NCBI GenBank assembly: GCA_965153455.1
Contig: OZ234493.1
Coordinates: 2,108,001-2,172,000 of the forward strand
DNA from: Sphagnum compactum
Lineage: Eukaryota
Direction of reading: 5' to 3'
Length of the DNA stretch: 64,000 bases
Part shown: positions 1-14,010 of the stretch, piece after piece
How the letters are laid out: every line of letters begins with the position of its first letter
Numbering within the stretch: the first letter of the stretch is position 1
Notes under the pieces: generated by a model
The model's database searches: none
Told to the model about the DNA's origin: nothing
The model's input: the letters and a program-made list of their open reading frames with translations, nothing else
Program-made: the position numbers and the translations under genes

Positions 1-2635
1 TAAATGAATGATTTTAGAAAGTTTTTGATGCAATTTTAATATATGCCCAAAAAAAGTTTTGATTACATATGAGATGAGAAGATTTGTATATATATACGAT
101 GGATGTTAGGCCTTTGGATAGATAGATGATTGATTTTGGGAAAGTCTTAACACAATGTTAGTATACTTGAGTTGGGTTCGACAAAGAGTGGTGAAGAGTG
201 ATGAAACTTCTTTGAAATACTATTGTAATTAGTGGCAAAAAGAGAATTGCAAATTAAATATGTGGAGAACATTAGGATTATGATTCAATAAGCGGGTGCC
301 ACAATTTGTAAAATCCCATTGGTGAAATCAATTTGGTAGTTTATTACAATTTGATATTTATGAAATTGTTTTTAACATACATGATTACATGATTCCATAG
401 TTGAATTAGACTCATCAATTTCATCATGGAATATTACACAGCGTTAGGCTTGTTGAATGATATCAAAGGTGAAAAATTTGTCAATTTTCAATTTTTATAA
501 CAAAAATGCAACTCAAAGCACACCCCTTAGTTCCCATTAAAAAAAAGTGTGGGAGTTTTGGGAGGGGACTAGGACAAACTTAAATAAGTGAATTCAAAGA
601 AATGTTAATTTGCAAACCCAAAAAAGAAGGTGGTTAATGTAAATTGTAAACGAATTGGTGCATGAATTAAATCACAAAATACACGCTTACATGATTTCAC
701 TATAATCCCAATTTAAAAGAGTTATCAGTCTCCTCCTTATTATATATTGTAAGTACTACATGCATTAAATTGACAAAAGAAAATTTAGGATAAGATTGGG
801 TTATTGGATCATCCAAGAGAGGAAAATAACAAGAATTACAATGACATGGCGATACTTGAATTTTTTAGGACGAACTCCATTCCATTGAAGAAGTTCTTTG
901 AATTGAAGAGACTCAATTCCAACACATGCTAGCATAGTTATCTCAACTTTGGAACAATTAAAGGAAAAAGATGTGTCTAGTGTTTAATTTTGAATAATCA
1001 ATTCTTAGAAAAATTTCACTCATTGCTGAAATCATTAGAGTACCTATTCTTTCTTTCTTTCATGTGATTTGTTGTTAAAAAAAAAACCAACAATACAAAT
1101 TTATGAGCATATGGTTAAAGGTTTAGTTTGTAAAGGATATAGAATGGAGTGGATAACTTACAGGCATGTACATATTTGTGGAGTTCCTACATATTTGAAA
1201 TCCTTGAATTTCAAAGATTCACAATGAAAATTGTGAGTCCATCCAATCAGTGCAATCACTAGGGTAGTAATCAATGATCCCTAGGGGTGATCAATATGTG
1301 ACCCTGCACATTAAAATTGGAGAAGAGAAGTCAAAAAAACATGCAGGTTTGGCTCAGCAAAATGGTCTTGGCCCAGTGTTTTTACACAGTTTGCCAAGGC
1401 TGATAAAAGAAAGGCACTCCAAAGGCTAATTCACCCAGGAAACAAGAGTGCAATAAATATGATTTGACTGTTGCTCGCTATTTCTGATTGGCCGATCATA
1501 ATGATTTGACGAGGTGGGTGGTTTGCTATTAGTAGTCCCCCCCCCCCCCCTCCCCCCCTCCCCCCAACTAAGTTGGAGTGGAGTCCCAGTTTTCGGTTTG
1601 ATGCGTGGGGTTGAAAAAAGTGAATAACTAAACTTGGATGTGAGAAGAGATCATAATTTTCCAAATTTACAAACAAATTTGGTATTCATTTCGCTTCTTG
1701 AGTGTGCATTTGCGTGCTTAGTAGTGTCTCGCTCGCAGCGAAAATGGTGGAGCTCCAGAGGAAGAAGACGAAGAAGAAGAAGAAGAAGCAGCCGCGGCGG
1801 GATACAAAGCCAAGAGCACTTCCTCATGCGTGAAGCTCTCTGAAGGAAGGAGAACTTGAGGAATCAGCAAACCTTTCTGCTGGTGCTGATGATGATGATG
1901 AACGTGAGCAAAACGTTAGGTACCCTTTTGTCCAATTTTGGTGGGAAGAAGTGCAAATGTGAGAGCTTTGAAGGCTGAACGGGTCCGAGAGCTCACGCGT
2001 TGCCTGTCACCCACACTTGTCGTCGTCGTTGTCATGGTCTTTGGTCGGTTATGGGGCTGTGGGGGCGGGGGCCCTACCAGCGGCGGGCCGTGCCACAAGA
2101 TTCTCATCATCCCGCGAGACCTGTTTGTATGTTCATCACACCTTCTTCTTCTTGTTCTTCTTCTTCTTCTTCACAGCAGTTCATGTGAAAATTTTCCAGC
2201 GTCACATGGTGAGACAGCAGACGATTCCCACCCATATGCACGCGCGCGTATTTATTACCCCCCTTTTTTTTTCCCGTATGCTTGATTTCACACCAGAAGC
2301 AGAAGAAGAAGAAGTTCCTGCCACAATTCAGAACTTGGAATTCTCCACAAGTCCAAATTCTTTTTGCCCATTAGTTGTAGTCTGTCGAGTTCGCACAATT
2401 TTTGCTCCATGTATTTCTCGACAATTGCTTGATAGTTTCACTTGGGTGGTCGCAGGCAGATTGGCCATCTCTAGGAAATCCTTGCGAGGCCAAAGACTTG
2501 TGGAAGCAAGCGAGAACCCGGATTCAAGGAAATCCAATTCCTCCTCTTATCTCCAGCAGCAAGGACCCACCCAGCTCAGCGCATTCAGCCAGATCCCACA
2601 AGCATCGGATCGTGCAAGGATAGATTAGATCGGGG

Positions 2636-3960
2636 GTAAGTAGTTGCACTCGCGCAAATTTGGGTGAGAACCCAGAGCAGGCAAGTTTCTAGTAGTGCAG
2701 GAGTTCGCAGGAAGAAAGAGATTCTAACGACACGAGTTCACAGGAAGAAATCGATGCGAGGGCGACGCTGATGATGATGAGAAGAGGTGCCCTCTTGGCA
2801 TCCATCCTCAAGCATGCAGTTACGTAGTCGCAGGGAACGGATTTCTCTCTCTCAAAGAGTTCACAATCTTGTGTCATCTTGTCAAGAGATTCTGTGATTC
2901 CGTGATCATGGGTGGTCAAAAAATCATTGCAAACTTGTGCAATCCAGGAAGAATCCCTGATGTGAGCAAACATTCAAAGTGCAGAAACAAGGGTTGGTAG
3001 CAAATTGGCATCCAGCTTTTGATGGCTCCTTCTTTTGTGATCAAGAAGGTGGTCAAGGATTCTTCTTCTTCTTTGAGTGTGTTTTTTGGGTTCTGAGAAA
3101 TCATGGTTTGCTCCTTTGCAGGACTGAGTGGATTTCTTGTTGACAAACAAAAAAGGGAGCAGAGTATGGGTGCGGAGATTACTACAATCTCTGTCATTGT
3201 TGTAATAGCAGCATAATTAGGGTTTCAAGCAAATTGAAAGGGTGAGAGAATTGTGTCCTTCATTTCTTTTTGTGCCAGAGATTCGATCCTCAGATTCTTT
3301 GTTGCTTAGCTTGAGGATTGTATCCATGTCCATGTATTCATTTTGAGTATGAATGCTTGATCATTGCAACTGGTGACAAAGAAGGCATTCATCATCATCT
3401 CCAGTCTGGCAATCTGTAGAAGTTCAGGAATCCATCTATTTTGTGTTTGTTCGTGAATCCATTCTTCCTGTTTCGAGGCAAATTGGTTGATTGCTGGATG
3501 ATCAAGGGGAAGGTTATGTTTTCATGTGCAAGCTTCTTCTCAATTAATGCAAACACAAAAGAATATTTTTAGTGGGTGATTTTTGTTATCATCATATGAT
3601 TCTGGGTGATGCTCTGTAGTTTGCAGTACTGATCATTTATTCCAGTAGAAAAAAAATTGTAGCTTGTTTTCTTCTTTGTGATTTTTGTTTTACTTGATGA
3701 AATTGAGTTGGATGACAGACGGAAAAAGGGAACCTCAAATTCCTGTTCTGAAGTCATGGAGTATTTGTTCATGTCAGTGTTCTGACAAGGAAGGCAAGAG
3801 CTTTGTATCTCTTGCCATTCTTGTTGCTGGGTTACAAAACAGAGTATTGGGTGGGATTCTGGTCCAAATAAACGGTGAAATTGATGGCAGTATGATGAGT
3901 CTCATCTGTCATGGAGGGTCTGAATGAAGTTGTGTTGCTTTGGGTATTTGAATGTGGCAG
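2636..3960 (+). other. Probable 5'-UTR intron of the TOR1-like gene
   Basis: Strong donor GG|GTAAGT at 2636 and acceptor GGCAG at 3960, one base before the ATG context. The upstream 1700-2630 region is GC/GAA-rich, like a first exon. Confidence 0.5.
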
Positions 3961-3961
3961 T

Positions 3962-6900
3962 ATGGCACAGGCACGAGTGGGGGCCAAGGGGATGGGACGG
4001 CTGAGTGGAGGCAAGGGAGTAGTGCTGATTGAGCTCAAGAACCGGATTCTGGCAGCACTTAATAAGCTCTCAGACCGTGACACACAACAGCTTGCAGTGG
4101 AGCATCTGGAGCGCCTTGCACAGGGCCTTACACCTGAAGGACTGGCTCTATTTCTAGCCTGCCTTTATGACACCGATGCACAGCAGAAGAGTGTAGTGAG
4201 GCGGGAATGCATCAAGCTTCTTGGAACTCTTGCCACATTGCACCAGGATTTGTTGGCCTTTCATCTGCCAAAGATGGTGGCCAACATTGTACGGAGATTG
4301 AAGGACCCTGACTCCAACATCCGAGATGCTTGTGTTGACACCATTGGAATTCTTGCATCCCAGACTGGACGGGGGATAGAGGCAGGCGCATCCCTCAATG
4401 TATTTGTAAAACCCTTGTTTGAGGCTTTGGGTGAGCAGCACAGGAACTTGCAGGTGGGTGCTTCACTCTGCATGGCACGGGTTATTGATTGCACAACAGA
4501 TCCAGACCCACCCACACTGCAACTCCTCTGTCCCCGCATTGCAAAGCTTCTGGGTGGCTCCAATTTTATGGGGAGGGCTGCCTTGCTCACCACAATTGCC
4601 AGCCTTTCTCAGGTATATGTGGTTAAGATTGTGATGGTTATCTCAAAGCACTCTGCACCTTGAACAATTTTCCTCACTTTTATCCTACCTAAAACTATTT
4701 GTTTCCATTGTGGCTCTTTGGAATTATCCAATGAAGGTGCCTGGCGTGGTGACTGGCCCAGTATTGGCTACAATGATTACATGTGTGTTAGAGGAGCTTG
4801 AAAACACTGAGTGGGCAGCTCGGAAAGCAGCAGCTGACACACTAACATGCATGGCAAATGCATTGGGTCCATCCTTGAACATCTTCAGGGCTCCCTGTAC
4901 TACTGCACTTCAAAACTGTCGGTTTGACAAGGTATGAGACATTTGTAAAAATACATTTTATTCATGAGTTGTACCATGGTTTTTGATCAGGTTTTTCTTG
5001 TGTTCATTCTCCTATTCATTATACTCAGCACTATCACCTCCATACTTGCTTGCTGATGTTTTTGTCACATTTTTTCAAATGACAGCTTGTGGAGGCTCAC
5101 AGAACAAATACATGCTGGCTGAGGCAGACTCTCTTTTTGATTGAAATCAGGTGAAGCCTGTGCGAGATAGTGTTGCAGAGGCGCTTCTGTCATGGAAGAA
5201 GATCCCAGATACTAGCAACCTGCAGAGCCTTCCTCAGCCTTCCCCTGCTGCCAAAGGTTCAATTTACCCAATCTCTCTGTACTGTAATTCACTTCTTTTC
5301 CTTCCAGTTCATTCTCTGATCCAAATATTTTCCTGCTTTGAGGTCAGTTGGCTCTTGTGCTTGTGTTTCTGAATGTAGTGGGTTGAGGATGAATTATTCT
5401 TATTCACACCTCCATTTCTGCAGGAAAATTGGTTGGAAAATCTGATTGTGGAATTACCGCACATTCTTCAGAACAGGATGCCCCATCCCTAATTCTTGGA
5501 GACTTGAAATTTTCATCATCATTGCTGAAGTCACGTGCCCAAGTGAATGCATCATTCCCAGTGAGTACCACTCACATGAAATCCATCCCTGAGAGGAGTG
5601 GAAGTAGTTTGAAGAAAAGGTCACCAGCTCTGTGTACCAAAAACCCTGATTTTTTTCGGAAACTGGAGAATGCTAGTAGGAACACAAAGCTAAGGGCTTC
5701 AGGAGACTGGCAAGTTGAGGTTGCTACCCCCCAAGGGGCATCATTCTCAGGTCTTTCACCACACCAAGGGAGTTCAACTATGCGAGATATGAATGGTGGA
5801 GTGCTTGATCATCAGCATGATGGAATTGATGATACATCATCACCTTTTGCTAATGGGTTTGGTGGGTTTGTGAACCCAAATGAAGCTACATATATGGAGC
5901 TTTGCATAGAGACCGATCCGGGCAAGCAATCCAGTGAGGTGGCTGATAAGAGCAAGTTAACAAGTGCGTGTGTTTCTCAGACAGGAAAACCATGTGTGGA
6001 TTTTGATTTGTCTTTTGTAGGGTCATCTGTTATCTTGGTATGAGTTGTTAAGGAATCTTTTGGAAGAGCTGATAGCATACTGATGAAAACTCCCAGCTTT
6101 TTACACATTTGCTCCTAACAAATATGCGGTCTTGGCAGCTATGAGAGGAGCTGGATTGAAGAAAACTCCCATTCCAGAGCATTCAGAAGAGGGGTCAATC
6201 TTGACGGATGTGGCACAACCCCCTTCTGATGTTGAACTAACCTCATGGAATGCCAGTGTCCCTGTCACAAGCCCCAACAGCAGTAATGGTAGCTTTGCAG
6301 ATGCTGTTGCATCATCCACAGAAACCACTACTACTCCAGACTGGACTATGGTTTATAACCATCTGCAAAACATTGAGCGTCAGCAATGCTCTATGATGGG
6401 TATGCTGCAGGTTATGGCTTCTTCACCTTCCTCCTCAATGGTTTTGAATGTGCATAGCAATAGATTCTTGCAACTTTCACAACGGTAGGAATTTCATGGT
6501 TGTTATTGTGGCCAAAATCTTGTGTTGGAAGGCAGCATGGACCTGTGAAAATCAACTCATGGAGATGGAAATAGAACAGTATGGCTGGAAGACAGGAGAC
6601 CAAAAGTGGTGGAACCCTGTGTATGTTTGGTTGTTAAGCACTGACATAAGGTCCATGGCATATGGGTTGATCAGGAATTCATGGTCAATGTCTATGAGAA
6701 CATGCAAGGTTTAGAAGGAAGGGTGCAAAGACTTGAGCAGGCAGTGGATGGCAGAGCACACAGTGCAAGTATGCCAGTTGATCGATTGCCTGATGGTAGT
6801 TCACCAACTTTGGGAGTTACATCCAGCCGCTCTCTTGGTGAGCTGCTTGCTGGTGCGGATTCCTTAAACTCCAAGATTAAAAAAGGGAGTTCTTGGAAAA

Positions 6901-7920
6901 CAATGTTTGGTGAAAGAGTCACAGAGGCAAAAAATTTCAGTGGAAGGAGTAGAGAGCCATCATGGAGAAATGGTGAGTCAGGTTCTGAACAGTGGGATGA
7001 ATTTGTGTGTGGAGTTGGCTCACAAATTGGAAGACCACCAGAGAACCCTGTGACTGAAACTTCACAACAAGATGGTTTGCAAGCATCATCTGAGCAGGGT
7101 TTGAAGACAAAGCAAGTGGTGAACCGAAGAGTGTCGAACAGGAGCTCAGGTCCCTCAATGCGACAGGGGGAAGGTCCTTCCGCTCGTAGTGTGTGGAAAG
7201 CTTCTAAAGATGAAGAGACATTGGCTGCCATTCGTGGAGCTCCACATGACAAGCCGTCACCTGGTCAAAGTGACACGAGTAGTGAGTACAAGAGCGAGTT
7301 TCGAGTGGACTACAAAGATGAACCCAAGACTGATCGCAAGACCATCACAGGGAACAAGGATGCAGGAGACCCTTTTTGGGTGCTATGGAGCCGGGCACTT
7401 GAGAGTGTCCAGGCAAATGACCTTGATGGTGCATATTTGGAGATACTGGGCAGTGGAGATGAGCTGTTGCTGGTGCGAATGATGGGCCACACTGGCCCTG
7501 TTCTTCAACAACTTGCTTCTACCACTGTACTGCAGCTGGTGTGCACTATTACACAGCTCCTGCAGCAGCAGAGCTTTTTGGATTGTATCCTTCCTTGGAT
7601 CCAGCAGGTACATTTCTCGATGCTCTTCCCTCATCATATCTTCTTTCCTGTGAACTTAGTAACAGGGATGAGGAGCTGATCAAACAATTGGGTGAAGAAT
7701 AAGTCTCCAATTTGGGGTGTTCATGCAGGTCTCAGATTTGACTGCAAGCAATGGAGCAGACTGTTTGGAACTGTCAGAGGAGGTGAAGAAGGATTTGGTT
7801 TTATCACTCCAAGATGCTTCAGCGATGGATTTTGCTGAGGGCTGGATGGGCAACATGGTTGAACAGCTCTTTGTGCAGTTGTCAAGTCTTTGGTCCATTG
7901 ACAGCAGCATTCCAGAGTAG
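3962..7920 (+). CDS. TOR1/SPR2-like: TORTIFOLIA1/SPIRAL2-like microtubule-associated protein (N-terminal HEAT/TOG repeats, coiled coil, C-terminal domain), 7 exons
   Basis: N-terminus 'ELKNRILAALNKLSDRDTQQLAVEHLE...LKDPDSNIRDAC', 'WAARKAAADTL', 'CRFDKVKPVRDSV' and 'GEGPSARSVWKASKDEETLAAIRGA' match the TOR1/SPR2 family. Phase-consistent GT-AG exons: 3962-4612, 4737-4931, 5151-5256, 5424-~5933/5963 (donor ambiguous), 6139-6410, 6675-7607, 7729-7920. Confidence 0.93.
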
Positions 7921-10900
7921 CTGCTTCCACTGATTGATTTTGATATAAAAAAGAGTGAGTTTGCATCATGCATTTTGTGCACAAGTACCGAGTCATTTCT
8001 GAATTTCTAGCTTTTACACATACCCATCTTGCAAAATGCAGCATCACTGAGGTCCATTGGCAAATGGGTAGCAAATATATCATTGCCTTCAGATTATGAA
8101 AGAATTCAGGCTGTTCATCTATCTACCCATCTGTCATCTACCCACGCATGTTATTAACTTTTATCTCCATCACAAGACCATTGGCTGTGTGGTTTACTTG
8201 TCCATCCCAGGAGCAGCTCCACCAGCAGTTATATATAATGGCCTGAAAAGTTAAGTTTGGAGGAAGTTCAGGTTTCCTCCTAACCTGAATAGTTTTATTA
8301 GTTTTTGATTTTTTTTTGCAAAAGTTAATATATTTTTGCATGGAACAAAATATGTGGCACCGTCAAGGATGAGTTTGTGATAAAGGTCGGCCATTTCATA
8401 TTGAGTACTCACGCCATGTACATGAATCGACATGCACACTTGGTGACTTAAACCATAGGTGTTTATTGTTTGCATCTCGTTGGTGTCTTGAATATCGTAC
8501 ACAAGATTTCAAATAACAAGCTTTGTCCAAATTGGGCTCTTCTTTAACTAGTTGGGAAGGTCTTGAAAGTGGATTTGCATTTTCCATTTGGAAATTTGAA
8601 ACACAAATTATAGCCAAAAAACCAACGAACTTTAGGATTGTCAAGGGGTATGAGGATAAAAAGTTTGTTGATTATTGTTGCAACGCAAACTCAATATGCA
8701 CTCCCTAATTTTCACAAAGAAAAAGACATGGGAGCTCTAAGATGAGAGTAGAACAAACTCTCAATCTTAGAGCTCCCATGGGCTTAAAGGTGAAGGTTTA
8801 GGGTTTGAATTAAAGGTGAAATCAATATGCACAAACCGAAAAAAATAAAATGATTGATGCAAATTGAAGTCAAAATGGTGCATGAATTAGTGATGGGCAA
8901 ATCAATTCACAAAACACACCACAACTTGAACTCTGAAAAGCTCATCATTCTCTTTCATATAATATAAGTTGTGATTGGTGGTGGGGATTACATTGAAATG
9001 AAAATTCTCAAAACTCCAAAATGGGAGTTGAAAATTCTTGATTTTGTCAAGTTATGAGTTTTGTAATTTTTGCAAATTCATAATTTTTGCATATGGATTT
9101 TAATTGAAGATTCTCAAAGGGAAAGATGTAATGCCTGGAGCAACAACATTAACTTGTGAACATATGAGCATGAGCAAATGAGCTTGGAAAAATCTTTTAA
9201 TGGGATATTATCAACAACATTGATAAAATATTACACGAATATTTTTTGCCATGTCATTTGAATATCCTTTGATGGACATGGATGGGGATATAGGTGGGGA
9301 TGTATGTTTATTTCTAGTTAAAATTATTCAATAAATTCTAGCTTGTTGCTTAGATCAAATAATTTAAATTTAATTATTAAAGGTTGATTTTTTTTTCAAA
9401 AATTAATGATATAAATGAGAAATATTCTTTTGCATTCCACATTCATGAACAAAGCCAAAAGAAAAGATTAAACACAACACAACATTTTAGAGGCAATGCA
9501 TTCTTTATGTGGACACATTACAACATCCCTACCATTTTGGAAAATGTTTCACACTCTAAAAGGGACAAGACTTTACTCGCTTAACATTATTAATTAAATG
9601 TTAGGACTTCATTCCAACTCCAATTTGGACAATGAATGAACTTTTTCAATTGCTCACAATATATTGCATGTTATAAAATGTAATAAATGAGCTTACACTA
9701 CACCCACTTCTCTCGCCCCTGTAATGAGCTTGCCATCATTGTGATAAAATCCATGTAATTGTAAGTTGAGTAATCTACAATTATAACTTAATATGATTTT
9801 TTGTTTTGATCTACACCACCTGAGGTGTTGTTGTAGATGAAGCCATAGCATGATGGAAGAACCTTTATGGGTGGAAAAACAATTACTTTTAAAGCAAGTT
9901 TTGCCTCCCATTTGTTTTCATGCTTCTTGGAAAGTTTGAATACAACTAGGCGTTGGATAGTTTTGTTTTTTCAAGTTTTTGGCCAAACATATAGATCCAA
10001 AAGTTTGTGCACAAGCACAAATCTTTCATTGCTAAATAGTTTTGAGGAGGACATTTGAATTAGAAGAAAAAGCAGCATTTAGCTAATTATAATGAAAAGG
10101 CAACAATCTAGAAAAAAAATGTACTTGAAATTGGGAGGTTTTAGTGGAGGCATTATGCACAAATAAACATTATACAACTAACAAGAATCCAATTCACCAA
10201 ATTTTAAATCCTCTACATTTGTAGCCATTTTAATTTCAAGCTTTTCAACATTTGAAACCATAAGCAATTTACAATTGGAATCAAAACAAAATGACAAGGT
10301 ATGATGTAAATGAGACATACCTTGATTTTATGTAACATTATTTCAATTTGATGTTGTTGATGTTGAAGGATGTTTCAAGGTTTTGCAATGATGAAACTTT
10401 GATGTGCAAATGAATACTTGTTGCCATAAGCACTTTTGCATAACTTTTGCACAATGACTGGCCACTACCGATGGCAGTATACACTCAAAAGTTCCTCTTC
10501 AATTCACACATGCTACAATGAACACCTTGAATGATGTTTTGAAGCTTGCAAAATGATACATCAAAGTTTTGATGCTTGTGGTCTTATAAGTCACGAATCA
10601 TGACTTACAACGAATACTCACTATTGTCAGTGTCATTTCTAATGTGCACTCACTATTTGCTACACACAACAAAAACCTACAAGTAAGTAATGAGCATGAA
10701 GTAAAAGTAGCAAGTGACCATCCACATCAATGTTCAATGAATAATATGTTTGAACTCAATAACCATAAACCTTAAGCTTCAAAGTTCAGCCTTCAAGATT
10801 GTAGCACATAAAATTTAAGGGCATCATCAGCCTTGAAGACATAAAAGCTCAAGGAATTAAGGTTACAAAAGGTGGTGATGATAATCTTATTGGAGTTGAA

Positions 10901-11749
10901 GAATGTGATGAAAAATAACAAGAAGATGAAGTTGAAAACAAGAAAGCTCTTCCCATTGTCGCTTTGTGGTGGCAATGGTTCCTATTGAGTTGTAATAGCA
11001 ATGGCGATGGTTGCAATAGAGGTGGTGAGAGATATTGACGAGGGTTGCTCTCTAATGTGATAGTCCTGGCATTCATCACATGTAACAATGGATCTCGGCA
11101 ATCTATTGCAAAGTTGGCAATCCGTAGCCTTGTAGTGCTTGGATTTTGGTGAATGTTTTTCTGTAATGGCTACCTTGACTTAACAAAGGCCTTTTGCACT
11201 AGTCTTTTTTATTTTTGCATTTTGGTGATTTTTCAGCACAAAGAAAAAACAATGCTTGGTATAATAAGTTCCACCAAATAATAAAGGTAAATTTGTATAA
11301 TGTTGCTTTTAATGTCCTCATGAGTCCTGAGTGGAAAATCACAATCATAGAGATTTTGTTCCTGAAAAATCTATAAAAATAAAATAAAATCTTGAATGAG
11401 TAATTAGTTAAAGGACCTTTTCATTATCCTTATTTTATTTCTATCTTAATATCTTTTTTGTTTTTCTTGGCTTGCACCTTTCCACCACCAACTCTTCCCA
11501 TGACCCTCATAAGCCAATTTGTTTTTTCAGTCCATTATTGTTTTGCCCTTATGCTCTGTGAAGTGTTATATACACACACCACACGCACCTTAGTATTATC
11601 TTCCACTACCAACCAGTGTTTCCTTTTCTGACAATTTTTGTCTGTTTTTTTTTCCAAGTCAAATTTCGCAAACTTTTTGGGGAAAAAAAAACACTAATTT
11701 TTTTTAATATAAAAAAAGTGAAGGAATAATAATTAGAAAATTCCATTAA

Positions 11750-12040
11750 ATCCCCTGCTCATCAAGATCTTTCCAACAACACCAAAAGCACATTCCAATT
11801 TGTCCGAAATTTTTAGCTACGATTTTGATTTAATTTTTAGTGAAGAAATCATTCAATATTCAAGAACTTTTTTGCACCACAAGAAGTCCAAACATCATGG
11901 AACCAAGCCCATGCACCCCCCTCCTCATCTCATCCAGAGCTTTCCAAAGACACCAAGAACACCATCTGAAGCATCCTGCTGGTTCGGTGGATCTCACAAA
12001 CTACACAAAACAAAACAAACTACCTTCCTTCATAGATAGA
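11750..12040. repeat. Dispersed repeat, copy 1 (non-autonomous element fragment)
   Basis: Near-identical to ~32320-32600: 'catcaagatctttccaa..acaccaaa.gcacattccaa', 'aaatcattcaatattcaagaactttt', 'aaaacaaaacaaactac.ttc.ttcatagatagat'. Confidence 0.8.
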
Positions 12041-13654
12041 TGTACTATTATGCACTTGGGGAGTCTTTGAATAATTGGTTTCATTAAAGAATGGACTTGG
12101 GTTTTATAGAAGGTTATTTGATTGCTTGTTCGATCTTTTGAGAACTACGGTTATGTATAAAAAATGGATTCTTTGACCTTTAATATCTTGAAGGATTTGG
12201 GTTTCTTTTTGAGGATTTTTTGAAGATTATATTCTTCTTGTATGGTGAAGTAATTTGAGTTTCCATAACTCTTCTTTTGCCTTAAGATAAATTTGAATGC
12301 AAATGGCAGGGCCACAGTGTAATTGACACACCCCTTGTTTCATAAGCCCAGAGGTAAACCCTGTTGATATGCACTGTAGGGAAATGGCATACACCCCATA
12401 TGTATGTATGTGGCCATACCAGAGGTAACATTGTCCATGAACTCCATACCAGAGTTAGGGCGGGCCTGACTTGTGGATGTATGTATCTCTTCCTGATTGG
12501 ACCTGTCCATGCTCTTATATATCTCATTCTTTGTGTTCTCCTTATGTTCCCATCAAGTTCTCAATGTGTTACCTCCATGTTCTCAATGCATTCCTTGCAT
12601 GTTGCTCCAATTCTCAATGTGTTTCTCAAGATGTTCCCAATAGCACCACACTTTATGAGATAACTTTTGCCTGAAGTTAAACTTTCATAATGGATATATG
12701 ACTTGAACAAAAGTGTCTTTTAGGCTTTTGCTATTCTATTTTGGGAGTGCAAAACTTCTATTTCAGAAGAGTGTGCAGAAATTCAGAAATTTTCTTATCA
12801 AAATGCTTCACCATTCAAATTATATATATATATATACAAACATTGAGATGCACCCCATAACGAATTAATTTAATTAAACCAACAACAAATACCCTAGTAC
12901 CTTGGCATCTTTGACATTAATTATATATTATTTGTATAAGTGTTAAAATTTTCAATTTTTTTCCAAAGAACAAAAAAATGGTGAATGAAACTAGAGAATC
13001 TTTGGGAAATTTCAGGAATTTTTTGTTTTTTGACATAGAATTTTTAAGAATAAATTCTAGTAATGAGAAATTTCAGGGAATTGATAAATAGGAGATTTTG
13101 TAACATGTTTATATGGTCATCCATGAACAATTAATTTTGCATAATCTTTCATATGGTTGGCCTTGGACAATTCCAAAAACAACTTTTTTGGACAACTATC
13201 TCATTTCCAAGCCTAATTACCACACTTCCTCTTGGTAATTTTAATAAAAACTATTAAGTCCTTTTTTATTAATTATATTTTATCCTTATAATTACTTCGC
13301 TTCTTTTTTCCCTATCCACCAACATGGATGTGAAAACAAAAATTAACATGTGCCTTTTTGTGTCCATGATATTTATATTAATTCAAATTAAATTTGACAT
13401 TGACATAAAATAATGATGAACTATTGAAAAACATATGTGAACATGATGGCCATGAAAAGACAAATTAACATGTGCCTTTTCATGTCCACTAATGTGGCCT
13501 GTGCCGTTGGTTGGCCCAAGTGTTACCACGTCATCAACTAACTTTTCCTTCCAAAACCTGGTTTTTTGGACTTTATTTGAACTTGGGCTCTATGTTGCTT
13601 CACTTTACTAGTGATGATGAATTATTTTTTAAGAGAGGATATATATGTCATATT

Positions 13655-14010
13655 AGTTCATATATTGGGAAGGGAAAGATGTATCTATTGTTTATGGAGT
13701 TTTGTAAATGTGTTCGCATTTCTGTCAAAACGTATTGAGATTTTTCAAGATCAAATCCAAACGCGATGTCTGTTGCATATGTTATCGTGAAAACACCATA
13801 TGATGAGTTGTCTATTTGTTGCGTTACATTTGCATATGTATATAAAAAGTTGTTCACATTTATAAGTTTGCATAATAATTGATTGTGTCATTAGGCAATT
13901 CTTTCATCATTGGCATATGTGAACCATATATTGTACAATGTAAATTAGGAGTTGACATGTGGATTTTTATTAGTATCCAATGATCATTGTTTATGAATAT
14001 GTGTTGGATT
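13655..14010 (-). pseudogene. Ulp1/C48-like cysteine protease remnant, transposon-associated
   Basis: Minus-strand translation gives 'QHIFINNDHWILIKI' (His motif) and 'VTQQIDNSSYGVFTITYATDIAFGFDLEKSQYVLTEMRTHL...FPFP', resembling the QQ..DCG.F.I motif with the catalytic Cys replaced by Tyr. Degraded. Confidence 0.6.

Noticed and set aside
3911-3961. Upstream in-frame ATG for the TOR1-like gene
   Set aside because: It lies upstream of the acceptor at 3960, so it is probably intronic. ATG 3962 fits better.
8727-8780. miR159/319 precursor (contains GGGAGCTCTA, the miR159 3' end)
   Set aside because: Only 10 nt match, the TTGGA(T/C)TGAA 5' part is absent, and the hairpin is far shorter than miR159/319 precursors.
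9697-11137. CACTA element bounded by CACTACA...TGTAGTG
   Set aside because: Only a 7-bp inverted match, flanks TTA/CTT do not form a TSD, and no transposase is recognisable.
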